This document shows positions 1 to 12,904 of a stretch of DNA of 64,000 bases, piece by piece. The translations under genes were made by a program, and so were the position numbers. The notes below the pieces were generated by a model. That model saw only the letters and a program-made list of their open reading frames with translations. It was not told where the DNA came from and did no database searches. The stretch's first letter is position 1; every line of letters begins with the position of its first letter. This DNA is from Octopus vulgaris (taxonomy: Eukaryota). The DNA lies in assembly GCA_951406725.2 (NCBI GenBank), contig OX597820.1, positions 110,112,001 through 110,176,000 on the forward strand. The letters are read 5' to 3'.

Positions 1-136
1 GGCTATAAAACAGCCATATAAACCATGCCAAATCAGACTTAGGTCTGGAGCAGCCCCTCAACTTACCCGCTCTGATCAAACTGTCCAACCCATGCTATTA
101 TGAACAAGAGATGTTAAATGATGATGATGATGATGA
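1..136 (+). mobile_element. 3' end of RTE-clade LINE with (GAT)n tail
   Basis: GTCCAACCCATGCTA...GTTAAATGATGATGATG matches the 3' ends of the RTE copies at 23770-23824, 34915-34961 and (reverse) 7337-7395. Confidence 0.75.
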
Positions 137-249
137 TATACATATTTATTTATGTGTGTGTCTGTATTTGTGTATATTTATATGAATACATATGTATGAA
201 TGTGTGTGTGTGTATATATATATATGTGTGTGTGTGTATACATGCCCAA

Positions 250-1090
250 CCCACACTAACCTGTTGATTCCCTACTGATTCCCTCCATCTCCATCAGCTC
301 TGTAGAGACAACAATGATTTCGTGACACAATCTCAACTTGTGGCTTGCCACTTCAGCCAACAGGAATACTCCCACTGTTATTCAAGCTACCCTTGCCCAT
401 GCTAGGTCTGTTGACTGTGCATCCACACACTCTCCTTAAGCCTGCTCCACACTTACCCACCTCTCTTTCCTCCTTAGCTACCATCCCTCCACTCTACCCC
501 TTCAGTGCACTATTTTATGCATTTTCCATCACTCCTATCCAACCCCTCCACCTCCTGCATGTTCCCCAACCTGTTCCTCCTTTTTTCAAATGTGCCCATA
601 ACCTATGTGACCTACTGGTCAGTAATTCTTTTCCCACTTCCAACACTCAACCTGGCTCCTTCCTTTGCTATCACCTTTCGAACACAACCATTTTCACCAG
701 TACCCACGACCACTTCTTCTACATCTCCAACTCCTTCACTTTTGCCTCTGGCAATCTAATTTACTGCACCCTCTGCTCTCTTTGCCACTCCTTGTGCACT
801 GGACAAACTAGTCAGTGCCTTTCTGATAATTTTGTCAAATACCTTGAGGACATCAGATGCAGTAATGACATCCCAGTCATGTGACATTTCCACTAGACTG
901 GTTATTCACTACAATATGTGTCTGTGTTCAAATTGGCCTTGCACAGAGGCCACCTAAACTCCTGTCTTCATCGGAAGCAGAGATTAATTTTCTTTCTCCA
1001 TACTTCAGTCCCTCATGGTCTAAATTCTCCACTCATTTTCATTTAATCCCCTCCTACACTCATGCACACAACATGCCTGAAGTACTCTCT
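250..1090 (+). mobile_element. Degenerate Penelope-like element, C-terminal RT and GIY-YIG region
   Basis: ORF 345-884 ends SNSFTFASGNLIYCTLCSLCHSLCTGQTSQCLSDNFVKYLEDIR, a decayed form of the Penelope GIY-YIG pattern (FTC..SNLIYCI.C..C..YIGET...L..RF.EHL); paralogous to 19040-19480. Confidence 0.7.
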
Positions 1091-1149
1091 GCCTGTTATT
1101 GCTGGTTAGTTAGTTAGTTGTAGGGGGACATGGAGTTATGTACAAGGTG

Positions 1150-3960
1150 GTGTTCATGCAAAGAGTTCTGGTCAAGAGAGACTTTGAACCGAGCGGTCAT
1201 CGGCATCTTCACTATCTCGTCTGACAGCTTATTCCACGGATCCGCAACCCGGACGGAGAAAGCCCCTCTCCTTCAATTGAGATGAAATCGTCGCAGATAG
1301 AGCTTTTTGGAGTGACCCCGCAGCCGATGCTCTGGAGCAGGAGTGAAGAACAGCTCTTTCGAGAGGTTACACCTTCCGCTTATGATGTTGTGAGCAAGAA
1401 TGAGATCACCACAGCGGCGGCGTTTTTCTAGAGAATAAAGGTCGAGCATCTTCAGTCTTTCTTCATACGACAAATGCTTGAGACCAAGGACCATGCGGGT
1501 AGCCAGCTTCTTGGCTCTTTCGAGATGATGTATGTCTTTGAGGAGATAAGGAGAAGAGGCTTGGATCCTGTACTCCAATATGGGTCTCACCAGCGTGACA
1601 TAGAGCGGTAGGAATATGGCTGCTGTGAGCATTCCGAATGACCATCGAATCAAAAACAGAACTCCGGGTGCTTTGTTGGCAGCATGGACGCACTGGGCTG
1701 AAGGCGAAAAGGAAGAATCCACTAAGATACCCAGGTCCTTTACCTGGTCGGTCCTCTCCAGCAGCAGACGACCCGGCTCGAAATCAAGTTGAGTTGCAGG
1801 AGAAGAGCCAACAGGCAGATGACAGCACTTTGACACATTCAGGCACAGGTCCCATTCGTTAGACCATCTCCAAACTTGGTGGAGGCATCGACGAAGATCA
1901 TCTATATCACTGCGAGGAGTGACCAGTTTGACATCATCGGCAAATAGAAGGGTGTGTTGTGTGAGGTCGTCAGGCAAGTCATTTGTGAAGACTAAGAACA
2001 ATAAGAGCCCAAGCACTGAACCTTGAGGCACGCCACTGCTCGCACTGGAGATGTCAGACAGCGAACCATTAACTTGGACTTGGAAGGAGCGATCTGAGAG
2101 GAAGGCACCAACCCATCGTACAATATCCGGATGGAAACTATATGCTTGAAGCTTGAGAAGTAATAGGCGGTGGTTTACCAAGTCAAAAGCTTAGGCAAAG
2201 TCCAATAAAATGATATCAACAGTATCACCATCATCCAGGATACGCGTCACCAATTCTTCCATTACCAGTGAGTTGGTCAAGCATGATCTCTTCGGCATGA
2301 AGCCGTGTTGGGAATCAGAGATAGAGGCTGTGTTTTGGAGGTGGAGCAACATACTTTTCTTAAGGATGGTTTCGAACATCTTGCTGATTATTGAAGTAAG
2401 GGAAACCGGTCAGTAGTTAAGGGGTCTTCGCGGCTCCCTTTCTTGAAAATTGGGCAGATTATCGCTGTTCTCCAGTCCGCAGGTATAACACCCGTCGCCA
2501 ATGACATATTGAATAGAAGTGTTAAAGGTTCGCAGATGACTGGAGCCAACGCTTTGATAACTGGTGGGTGTATGCCGTCAGGGCTGTGACCCTTGTTGAC
2601 ATCGAGGCCTTGAATGACGCGTTTGACTTCGTCCGTGATGACCAATCTAGGCATTGGAGGTACCGATCTATCAAATGGAGGGGGTTCACGACCATCATCT
2701 TCTTTGAAAATAGTTGCAAAAGCTTCGGCAAATAACAGACTCTGCTGATAAGGGTCCTCAATCGATATGCCTGTTGAGTCTACCAACGTTGCAATTTGGT
2801 TGTTCAAGCGGGAATTCCATTGGACATGGGCAAAGGTTTTTGGATTGTGACTGGCATTTGCCGCGATTCTGTATTCATATCTGAAGTGTTCTTCCTTTTC
2901 AATTTTCACAGCTCGGTCTCATTGAGTTTTGTACACCTCAAAAGCTGCAGTCAAATCTAGATTTTTTAATTCAGCCCTAGCAATATCTCTGAGTCAAAGT
3001 TCTCGTTTAACCTTCTTCATCACCCAGGGCTTGTGTTTCTTCTTCTTGGGAAGCCCAACGGGAACTGCTTGGTCAGTCAACCAGATTACATATGCTTTGA
3101 GGGACGACCATAGTTCGTTAACTGAGGACGTCGTCATCAGGGATCGCCAGTCCAGAAGCGCGGAAGCCTCGGTTAGAATTTCAAGATTGATTGCAGAGAA
3201 GACTCTACGTGGCAATGAAGTAGTCGTGGGCATAGAAAAAGTTGTGTGCATGTCGAACTTCAGGACCGCGTGATCACTCTTGGCAAGAGGGGCGCACACA
3301 GATAAGCCTGACACTGATCTTGGATAGCGGGAAAATACCAGATCCGGCATAGATGGCTGCTGCCCAGACCGATGCCTTGTCGGATATTCAACATGTTGTG
3401 ATAGAAAACAATCTTCAGCCACGTCAAGAAGGGCCTGGCCGAACTGGGAAGATGATGTACAAATTGATGCGGGCCAGTCGATTGTGGGAGCGTTGAAGTC
3501 TCCTAGTATCAAACAGTCATGAGAAGCTGAAGCGAATCTTATCGCTTCAAGTAAATGAGCATCGTCCTGGGGTCGGCAAGAGGTGGCCTGTAGACAGCTA
3601 ATACGAGCAGACAAAACCCGGATAGGCTCAGCTTGCAATAGACGGCATCGAATTTTGTTGTAGGTTGAGCATTAGTGGGTAGAATACCACTGGACGGTTT
3701 GAGATCAGATTTAACATACACAGCAACACCTCCACCTCACCTTTTTTCTTTGTCACATCTGAAGAGGGCGTAGCCCTGTAGGTGGATTTCCGAGTCCTTT
3801 ACTGCTGGAGTCAGCCAAGTCTTGGTGATAGCTATCACATATGGGGAATCACGCATGGCCATTGTAAATAATTCGCTGAACTTTGGAAATAAGGAGCACG
3901 AGTTGGTATAGACGATGCTGAGCTGTGAAGTTTGAGGGGCGGGAATTAGGGAACAAGCAG
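1150..3960 (-). pseudogene. CR1-group ORF2 (endonuclease-reverse transcriptase), broken by frameshifts and stops
   Basis: Fragments 3539-3721, 2994-3638, 2388-2909, 2191-2379 and 1273-2181 are colinear pieces of one APE-RT protein. Confidence 0.9.
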
Positions 3961-3999
3961 AATAAGGGGTATCAGAGATAGTATCGTTGTCGGGGGTAT

Positions 4000-5301
4000 C
4001 TACTTTACTTCGATTCGCCCTCGATTCACTTTCCCTGTCAGCACTACAGCATGTGACCAGAGGTAGGACTTGATTATTTTCCCATCTTGGATGCGTAAAC
4101 CCTTCTCTCCCATCTGTTTTCTCATCTTTAGTTCGGATATTAGGTTTCTCCGGCGAATTCTCTCTCTCAGTGAGTATTCCTCGCGAAAACCCATATTGGG
4201 GTCCTCCCAGGCATGCTTCTGAGCTCTGTTCAGAAAGGTTGAAGCCTCCTGATCGGAAGAAAAGATTACTCTTATTGGGTGTGGTCTAGTGTCTGAGGTT
4301 GAGTTCACTTGAAATCTTCCTAGCCGAGCGACCTTATGGATACTGACATTTTCGTTGACAGAGAACAATTCTCCAACTAAAACGGAAACAAAATTTATGT
4401 CATCTTTTAGGCGGTTTATGCCTGTATCACAGGTGGATTCAGCTTTACCATAAATGATTGCTGATCTTGAGTGGGCAAAATGGTCTTTCTGTTCTCTACT
4501 GTGAACTGTGGCATTCGATTCTTTATCAGATAATTTAGAAAGGTCAGTTTTGTAGCCATCAAACTTATGTAGGCCTTTGGGGTCGATTGGAATGGATTTA
4601 GTGGCCATAACTTTCCCGCCTGGTTTGGAACTGCACTGCCTCTTCTTCGTTTTGGAGGAGCACCACTCCCCAGATGACCTCAGATCAAGATCATTCAGAA
4701 TTGGTTGAGCAATGGCATTGGTGGGAAGGACAAATGAGGGAGAATCCAAACAGATTTTATCTTTAGCAGGTTTCGTAGCTAAATCTGCCCCACTGGAGTT
4801 TTGACTATGTTTCTTCTTTTTGGGAGAACAATGGTCTTCAGGTGGGTTTGAGTCTATGCTCCTCAATTCAGGTTGGTGAACCTCCGGGACCGAAATGGCA
4901 GATGAGGAAGAATCCGCACAGATACGATCATGAGTGGAAGCGACCACCAGTTCCTTCGCCTTCTTTGGCCGCTTCAATTTTGATCCCTTCAGTTTGGATG
5001 TCTTTAGGGAAGAAATCAAGGGTGGCTCTACGTCAATAGGAGACTGTTTATTCAGTAAATGAGCCACAACAGACTTTAGGTGCTCAACCTCTTGTTTGAG
5101 CAACAGCAACTGTTCATTGAGATGTCTGTTAGTAAGACCATCTTCCTGATGAGAAGTCCTGATTTCAGGGCCCCCATGTGAAAGCCTGATATCACCGATC
5201 ACCTCACCAACTGAATTCTCCAAAATAGGATCAGCAGAGCGAACCCTTTTCGCAGATCTCAGTTTCGATTTGTAGGTAGCTGAGCCAGGCTTGGACAACA
5301 T
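4000..5301 (-). CDS. LINE ORF1 protein, 433 aa, uninterrupted
   Basis: Coiled-coil-like N-terminus; C-terminal IIYGKAES...RLGR...RPHPIRVIF...ELKMRKQMGEKGLRIQDGKII is typical of CR1/L2-group ORF1; lies directly upstream of the APE domain. Confidence 0.75.
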   Translation of the reverse strand: MLSKPGSATYKSKLRSAKRVRSADPILENSVGEVIGDIRLSHGGPEIRTSHQEDGLTNRHLNEQLLLLKQEVEHLKSVVAHLLNKQSPIDVEPPLISSLKTSKLKGSKLKRPKKAKELVVASTHDRICADSSSSAISVPEVHQPELRSIDSNPPEDHCSPKKKKHSQNSSGADLATKPAKDKICLDSPSFVLPTNAIAQPILNDLDLRSSGEWCSSKTKKRQCSSKPGGKVMATKSIPIDPKGLHKFDGYKTDLSKLSDKESNATVHSREQKDHFAHSRSAIIYGKAESTCDTGINRLKDDINFVSVLVGELFSVNENVSIHKVARLGRFQVNSTSDTRPHPIRVIFSSDQEASTFLNRAQKHAWEDPNMGFREEYSLRERIRRRNLISELKMRKQMGEKGLRIQDGKIIKSYLWSHAVVLTGKVNRGRIEVK

Positions 5302-5929
5302 GATAGATGGTTGACAAAAACAATCTTCTATAGCTGCCAGGGGCTCTAGGACAAATCTGAGTTAAAGCAGGAACAAAAACAGCTGCAATCCTTGTAGGTG
5401 TAGGCAACCGCAGACAAAATCTGAGAAAGTTTGGGCTGAACCGAATCACAATCCAAGACTGAAAGCAGACGGTGAAACGAGTCAGGAACCCTTCTTCATT
5501 ATCTGTAAGTAGCTTTGGGATAAGGGATAGTAGGTCCAACTTTAGAATATTGATATGCATGTAAAATGCTCCACACAGTTAAATATCATTTGTTGTGCCA
5601 TTTAGTACTTCAATATTTGTGTGTGCGTATGTTTGTATATGTGTGAATAAATGTGTTTATGTGCGAGAAGGCTCATGTTTTTGTCTTTCGTTAATTTAAT
5701 TCAATTATTTCTCACGTTTTTCCCTTTTAAAATATTTTTTAAAGTAATTTATATGCTGGAGGGAGGGCTGAAGGTTTGTTTTTACTGTAAATTCTCTTTT
5801 CTCCCAACAAAGAAAAAAAAAAGGGATTTTTCATTGGTGCCACCGGTATAATTCAGACACGGGGAAAAACATCTCGATGTCACCGTCAACTTGTATGTTT
5901 CTAATTGTAGCAGTAGTGGTTATTTCTGA

Positions 5930-6580
5930 TAGCAGCAGTAGTAGTAGCTGTAGCAGCAACTATTACTTTTTATAAAGTGGGATGAAGTCCGATCGGTCAA
6001 AAAGAGTTCAAATGTCTACTATATTGTTGATGGAACTTGCGAACAGTGACCTTGACTTTGAGAAAAATCAAGGAGGGGCCGACTATGAACAGTATTTGTG
6101 AATAGAGTCATATACATTCAGAGAGAATCTATAATTAGTATCATTTTTTTCCTTCTTTTTCTCCACGTGTTTATTTCTGTGATTGCAATAAAAAGTATGT
6201 TTGCATATTTCGGGTAGTCAAGAAGAAAATAAAGGTTAGCAGGTGCTTACTTCCATAATTTTAACGTGCATTTAATTGTGTTGTTACAATAAAAGGCATT
6301 TTTACATATTCTGATAGTCAAGGAAGAGGGGACGACAAAAAGTTCACACAATATTGGAGATATTTATGTTTCTAAGATTTTTTGTTAGGTGTTCGTTTGT
6401 TTGTCCAAAACTGTAGATTTGTAAGTCCTTAACTTATTTTGAGGGAAATTCAAATTACTCACAGAAAACAGTAGATCTTCCAGTTTTTTACAGTTGTTTA
6501 TCAGTAGTCCTGCTGGGTTGTATTTGTGTTTCTGTGTCTTCAGCTGCTGACAGGTCGGAGCAGTGAAAAACACATCCAGC
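5930..6580 (-). mobile_element. Degenerate non-LTR 3' fragment, possibly L1/Tx1-like; same family as 54850-56035
   Basis: Shared sequence with 54970-56030 (TTTGTGAATAGAG..AGAGAATC, TTGCAATAAAA, CACTGCTC.GAC...CTGAA..AGAAACAC) and a simple-repeat tail; clade assignment is weak. Confidence 0.4.
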
Positions 6581-6789
6581 CTCTGTCACGTCCCTGCCTC
6601 TGTCACGTCCCTGCCTATCCTTGCTCTAAGTAATTAATCTCCCCTCAACCTAGTGGCTTCCTACACCTCACACATTCATTCATGACAATATATAAGTATG
6701 ATATTTGTCTCTTTAACCCAATTCAACCCAAATATTCTACCTGTTTTACACTCAAATTAGCTAGATCTCATCTCACACCTAGCCTATAA

Positions 6790-7310
6790 TCTCTTCTCTC
6801 TATATATAAAAGGCAGTTTGTCTGTCTGTGTGTCTGTCAGGTTGTACCCTCACCCTGACCACGGCTTTCAACCGATTCTGATGAAACTTGACACACACAT
6901 AGGCCAATGTCGTAATTCAAAACTAATGCAGTGAAAAATTTGAAAAGTTCCTCCAGTTCTGAAAAAAATCGATAAATTCGACATGGGGTCGAGAGTCTAA
7001 GCTTTTCATATGCAACACATTTTCTGTTGTAGTTTTCGCAACTTGCAATCGATTTTCACCAAACTCATGGTAAAGCTTAATGTTACCCTAAGAAACTTAA
7101 CTCTGACGTTAGTTTTCCATGCAATACCTTACCATCAGAAAAAATCGATAAAACCATGCCATTTTGGGAAATCGCGTTCAAATTCAAGATGACATATTTT
7201 CGACAATATCTTTAACAAATTGGCAGGAATTTTTTTTTAATTTCACAGCGAGCATCATGTCTGCTCCAAGGAGCTATATGACCCTTTTTATTCCAATAGG
7301 ATACTTTATT
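6790..7310 (+). mobile_element. Non-autonomous Helitron-like element, 5' part
   Basis: Starts A|TC...TATATAAAAGGCAGTTTGTCTG; the first ~200 bp closely match the reverse complement of the complete element at 46031-46415; no clear CTAG 3' end. Confidence 0.7.
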
Positions 7311-7336
7311 ACTGGAAAATATTGGTTAATTAAATA

Positions 7337-10300
7337 TATCATCATCATCATCATCATCGTTTAACATCCGCTTTCCATGCTAGCATGGGTTGGAAGATTT
7401 GACTGAGGTCTGGCGAACCAGATGGCTGCATCAGGTTCCAATCTGATCTGGCAAAGTTTCTACAGCTGGATGCCCTTCCTAATGCCAACCACTCCGAGAG
7501 TGTAGTGGGTGCTTTTACGTGCCACCGGTACAAGATCCAGACAGGCGGTACTGGCAACGGCCACACTCAAATAGTGCTTTTTATGTGCCACCTGCATAGG
7601 AGCCAGTCCAGCGGCACTGGCAACGAACTCACTTGTATGTTTTTTCACGTGCCTCCAGTACAAGTGCTTGTAAGGTGACGCAGGTAATGATCACACTCGA
7701 ATGGTGCTTTTTACGTGCCACCGGCACGGAAGCCAGTTTGTTGCTCTGGCAACGATTATGCTCAGATGGTACTCTTAGCACTCCACTAGCATGGATGCCA
7801 GTCATCGGATTTGATTTCGATTTCGATTTCACTTGCCTCAACAGGTCTTCGCAAACAGAGTTTAATGTCCAATGAAGGAAAGGTATGCATTATATAAGTA
7901 GGCTGGTTACACCCCTGGCATAGGCCATGAGGTTATGGTCTCACTTGGCTTGCCGAGTCCTCTCAAGTGCAGCATATTTCCAAAGGTCCCGGTCACTAGT
8001 CATTGCCTTGGTGAGGCTCAATGTTCGAAGTTCATGCTTTGCCACCTCATCCCAGGTCTTCCTGGGTCTACCTCTTCCACAGGTTCCCTCAACCGCTAGG
8101 GTGTGGCACTTTTTTTTCACTGCTATCTACATCCATTCTCGCTACATGGCCATACCAGCACAGTCTCTTACACACCACATCTGATGCTTCTTAGGTCCAA
8201 TTTTTCTCTCAAGGTATTAACACTTTGTCAAGTATGCACACTGACATTACACATCCATCGGAGCATACTGGCTTCATTCCTTGTGAGCTTACGCATGTCC
8301 TCAGCAGTCACGGCCCATGTTTCACTGCCATGTAGCATGGCTGTACGTACACATGCGTCATACAGTCTACCTTTTACTCTGAGTGAGAGGCCTTTTGCCA
8401 CCAACAGAGGTAGGAGCTCTCTGAACTTTGCCCAGGCTATTCTTATTCTAGCAGCTACACTTTCAGCGCACCCTCCCCCACTACTGATTTGGTCCCCTAG
8501 GCAACAGAAGTTATCAACTACTTCTAGTTTTTCTCCCTGGAATGTGGCAGAGCTTGTTCTCTGCACATTTTCAGTGTTTATTGCTCCTGAGCATCTGCCA
8601 TGTACAAAAACTATCTTCCCAGTTAGCCTTCCTTTGACATTGCTGTACCTCTTATGTGTCCATAGCTTACACCGGGTACATCTTATAAGTTTCTACATAC
8701 ACCTTTTCTACAGATCGAACAGGGCCAACTACCTGGAGGGATTTGTGGTTTGCTTGCCTTCCTACTTATTAGGACTTTGGTTTTAGCTAGGCCCTTCGAT
8801 TCTAATCCTTGTTTCCACACTTGAATCTTCTCCTCTAGTTCTGATAGTGACTCAGCAATTAGAGCAAGGTTGTCTGCATAGAGGAGCTACCAGGGGCATC
8901 CTGACTTGAATTCCTCTGTTATTGCCTGGAGGACTATGATAAATAGGAGGGGACTGAGGACTGAGCCTTGGTGGACCCCTACCTCTACCCAGAATTCTTC
9001 ACTGTACTCGTTGCCAATCCTAACCTAACTGACAGCGTCCCTGTACATGGCTTGCACAGCTCTCACTAACCATTCATCTATCCCTAGTTTCCTCATTGAC
9101 CACCAGATAAGGGATAGGGGGACCCTATCAAAGGCTTTCTCCATGTCAATGAAAGCTAGGTACAGAGGTTTTTCTCCTGCAGCTGTCTTACCAGAAATAT
9201 AGCATCAGTGGTGCTTTTCCCTGGTAGGAACCCAAACTGCATCTCATCTAATTAGTTGGGCTATGACCTTCTCTGTGATCTTCCTTACCTGATCCAACAA
9301 CTTGATACCTCTGCAATTATTTGTATCTAAAGCGTCACCTTTACCTTTGTAGCAGTTGACTATTATGCTGCTACACCAGTCATTGGGTATGACTCCTTTG
9401 TGTATCACCTGGTTAACTATATGGGTAACTAGGCTATAGCCAACACTGCCAGATGATTTGAGCATCTCTGCAGTAATTCCCGATGGGCCGGGGGCTTTCC
9501 CTGTCTTCATACTCTTAATTGCTTTATCTACAAAGGTACTGTCAACTCGGATAGCTGGTCCCTCTGTTGGGTCAACATTCGGCAGACTTTCTTTCTCCCA
9601 TTCATCTTCTTTATTGAGCAAACTTTCAAAGTGACATCTCCAAGCCTCTCTCTTTGCATCCTCATTTAGTGCAAGTGAACCATCATCCATGCCGACATAT
9701 TTCTCTCCTACATCACAATTCTCTCTCACACACTGTCTTGTAACACAAAATACCTCAAGTCTTTGGTCCTCATGTTGCAGAACATTGGCAAATTTTTTTT
9801 TATCTGCTTCCCCTCTGGCTAAATAAACCTGTCTCCTAGCTTCCCTTCTGGCAGTCTGATACAGTTCTCTGCTACCACCGTTCTTCCAGTCCTTCCAAGC
9901 CTGTTTCTTTTCTCTAATAGCCCTGTCAACAACATTGTTCCACCACCACATTATTTTGGGTTGAGAGGGGGCTTTGCACCATCCACAGAGCTTGTTGGTG
10001 GCCCTTAGCAGGTTGTCCCGTAGGAACCTCCAGTTGTCTTCTATACCATGTGAAGCTATATCCCCTTCTATTTTGTCAAAGGCTTTGTGTATTATGTCTC
10101 TAAATCTCTGTCCATTTGCAGGATCTTTAAGCTTCCAGACCCTTCTCCTCCATGTTGGTCGCCTTCTGGGCATCCACTTAGCCTTGATCCTGAAGTCACT
10201 AACTACCAGTCTATGTTGTGGGGTTCATTCTTCGCCTGGGAAGGTTTTGGCATTCATAAGCTGCCAACTTGCCCTTTTTCTGGCGAAGATGTAGTCAATC

Positions 10301-12005
10301 TGACTAGTGTGTCTGCCAGATCAGTAGGTGACTAGCAGGTATCCTGAAGTTAGTATTACAAACCATAAGATCATTTACATCACAGAACTCCAGCAGCCTG
10401 GTTCCCTCCTCATTGCGGGAACCAAAAGCATAGCCTCCATGTATTCCATAGAATCCTCCTGTATGTTGTCCAACATGTCCATTGAAGTCACCAGCCACAA
10501 AGAGAAGGTCCCTGTCATTCGTCAACGAGGTAGTCTACAAAAGGGTGTCATAGAATCGGTCTTTCTGTCCATTGGGTAGCCCTGGCTGAGAGGCATAGGC
10601 CAAGATAATGGTTGCTAACCCATGATGAAGCACTAATCTAATCTTAAGTATTCTGTTGCATACTCTGACTACCTCAATTACCTTATCCACCCATTTCTCT
10701 GCAAGAAGTATACCCATGCCCCTAACCCCATCAGTGTTCCCTGCCCAGAAAATTTTGTACCTGTGTTCTTTGCTTGTGAGGAACCTCCTCTCCACCTTAC
10801 TTCTTGGATGCAGCACATATCGACACATCTCCGTTCAAGCATCTCAACAATCTCCCCAGACCTACCTTTCAGTGTGCTGACGTTGAGAGTGCCAACACCG
10901 AGGGTGTGGGAGGTATGGACCCATGAGACTCTGGGACAGGGGACAGCTTGCATTTGGCAGAATTCATAAACAAACAATAGACTTCAGTTCAACCTGCATA
11001 CACTACATTATCATATTTTTGCACTATATGATCACTACCTTACATAGTAGATAAACCCTAAGTAGGGGTGCGGATGGCATAAAGCCTTTAGAAGTGTTCA
11101 TGGGAGATAACCAAAGGATGGCAAAGGATAGGAACTACTGGTGCAGTTGGAGGGCAGGCGCACCGCAAACTAGGAAGTTTAGTCGAGAGCATCTTCTGCG
11201 TGCGCTGGTTTATATAGGGTGGTGGTGGTGGTGGTGGTGAAGGAGGAAGTTTTGGCAAAGCTAGTGGTAATCGAAAGAGAGACAGACAGTGAGGCTGAGA
11301 GAAAGAGACAGAGTGAAGCGGAGGGAGAGAGTGAGTAGTGGTCAAGAACATGAGGGAGAAAAATATTCTTTTGGGATCTGCATAGCATAATTTAGTTAGA
11401 TAGCAAATGTTGATTATAGTAAAAATAGAATTGAGAAATCTGAGAGTTTTCGGTCAGACAATCTAAGACAAAATTAGAGAAATAAGTGACTGTGTGATAA
11501 ACTTTAATAGATGAATGAATGAATATGTTGCGGCTAAGGAAATGTGTGAACTAAGGTTATCTTAAGGCAACAACGAGGAAGATGAAACTATTGAAACTAT
11601 ATTTACATGATGACATGGTACGGAAATAGACAGAATAATGAAAAGAACTAATAAGGAGTTTATGATCTGTGCAGAAATAGAAGAGTAGATGAACGAGGTT
11701 GAAAAGACAAAACTTCTTATCTGAACATCTTCTGGGATTCGTATCCTTCGGCAGAGGTATTGAAAGCAAGTAGGGGAGTCCGAGTGCGTGCGCTAGTTTA
11801 TATAGGGTGGTGGTGGTGGTGGAGGAAGTCTTGGCGAAGCGAGTGGTAATCGAAAGAGGGAGAGAAAGACAGACAGAGTGAGGCTGAGAGAGAGACAGAA
11901 TCACCGAGGAGGCCATGCTTCCCGGACGCGACATGAGGCGCAGGGCAGACCAGAATGGTTGGCACACACGCCCCACCACCTCTTCTCCCCAGGCTGGTTG
12001 AAGCA
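7337..12005 (-). mobile_element. Near full-length decayed RTE-clade LINE (APE-RT with PHD finger)
   Basis: APE start GTLNVSTLKGRSGEIVEMLERR..CCIQEVRW, GDFNGHVG; RT fragment 9244-10173 (GKAPGPSGI, KGKGDAL..RGIKLL); C-terminal HGSETW; (ATC)n tail at 7337-7357; 5' limit approximate. Confidence 0.9.
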
Positions 12006-12479
12006 GGCACAAAACAATGTGAATAAATAAGCATTACATTTGGCAGAATAATCTGAATGCTAAAGGGTTAATTCCTTCTCTTTTCCTCCTGGACCTTCCT
12101 GACTTTAGTTTACCTTCATCATCATTATCCCTCATAATGAAGGCCCCCTTACACTCAAGCATTTTCTTGATTTTCATCCTGATCTCCAGCCTAGCACTCC
12201 TACTCTCATCCAGTTAGATAAATTGGTTTTCTCTTTGAATTGCTTTTTGTTCATTGGAGCGATTTACCAACAGATCTCAAGTGTGGGCCCCAACTATCTA
12301 GACCTATTTGTTAGCTGCATTGATGCTGAAATATTCTCACAGTTCACCAGTTTACTGTATCAGTGTGACCTTACTCTCCTACAAACAACTCCTTCCTGTC
12401 TTTTGTCTAATCCTTCTGCTCTGTCTCCAACACCTCTGTTAACTTCCTCTATAATTTTGGACAGTATTCAAGAGTAATA

Positions 12480-12845
12480 CAACACTTCACAAATATCTCC
12501 TTCGAGTAAAACCAGCAATAGAAGAGAATTATGTGTACTCCATCCCACACAGCTGTGGTAGTTTATACAAAGGCGAAACATGCTACCCCCTCAAAATAAG
12601 AGTAGAGGAACATTGCAAAGCTGTGACATGAGGAGATATTGATAAATCGGGTATAGCTGATCATGTATGGAAAAATGGAGACCACCTCCCCCTGTGGGAT
12701 GAAGTTAAAATAATAGACAGAGAACACCACTGGAAAATACGAAAACTAAAAGAAGCAGCACATATGCTAGGACACAACAACCTCCTCAGCAGAGTGCAGA
12801 TATGAATAGCATATGGGAACCAGTATCAAGGAAGGATAGGAAAAT
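12480..12845 (+). mobile_element. Penelope-like GIY-YIG endonuclease 3' fragment (second family)
   Basis: Reads SCGSLYKGETCYPLKIRVEEHCKAV..GDIDKSGIADHVWKNGDHLPLWDEVKIIDREHHWKIRKLKEAAHM. Confidence 0.75.
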
Positions 12846-12904
12846 ATTAGATTTTCTAATATTCATTAAAAATATTCACTAAAATTCACTCCATAAATGC
12901 CCAT

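Larger units (their letters stand above)
1104..5580 (-). mobile_element. Apparently full-length CR1/L2-group LINE (ORF1 + APE-RT ORF2)
   Basis: ORF1 4000-5301; APE motifs (GDFNAP, SDH); RT motifs (QHGF, SGVPQGSVLG, FADD); C-terminal LRGHSKKL; (TAAC)n-type tail at 1106-1118; 5' limit approximate. Confidence 0.9.

Noticed and set aside
8103-8786. 227-aa + strand ORF
   Set aside because: Antisense shadow of the RTE coding region
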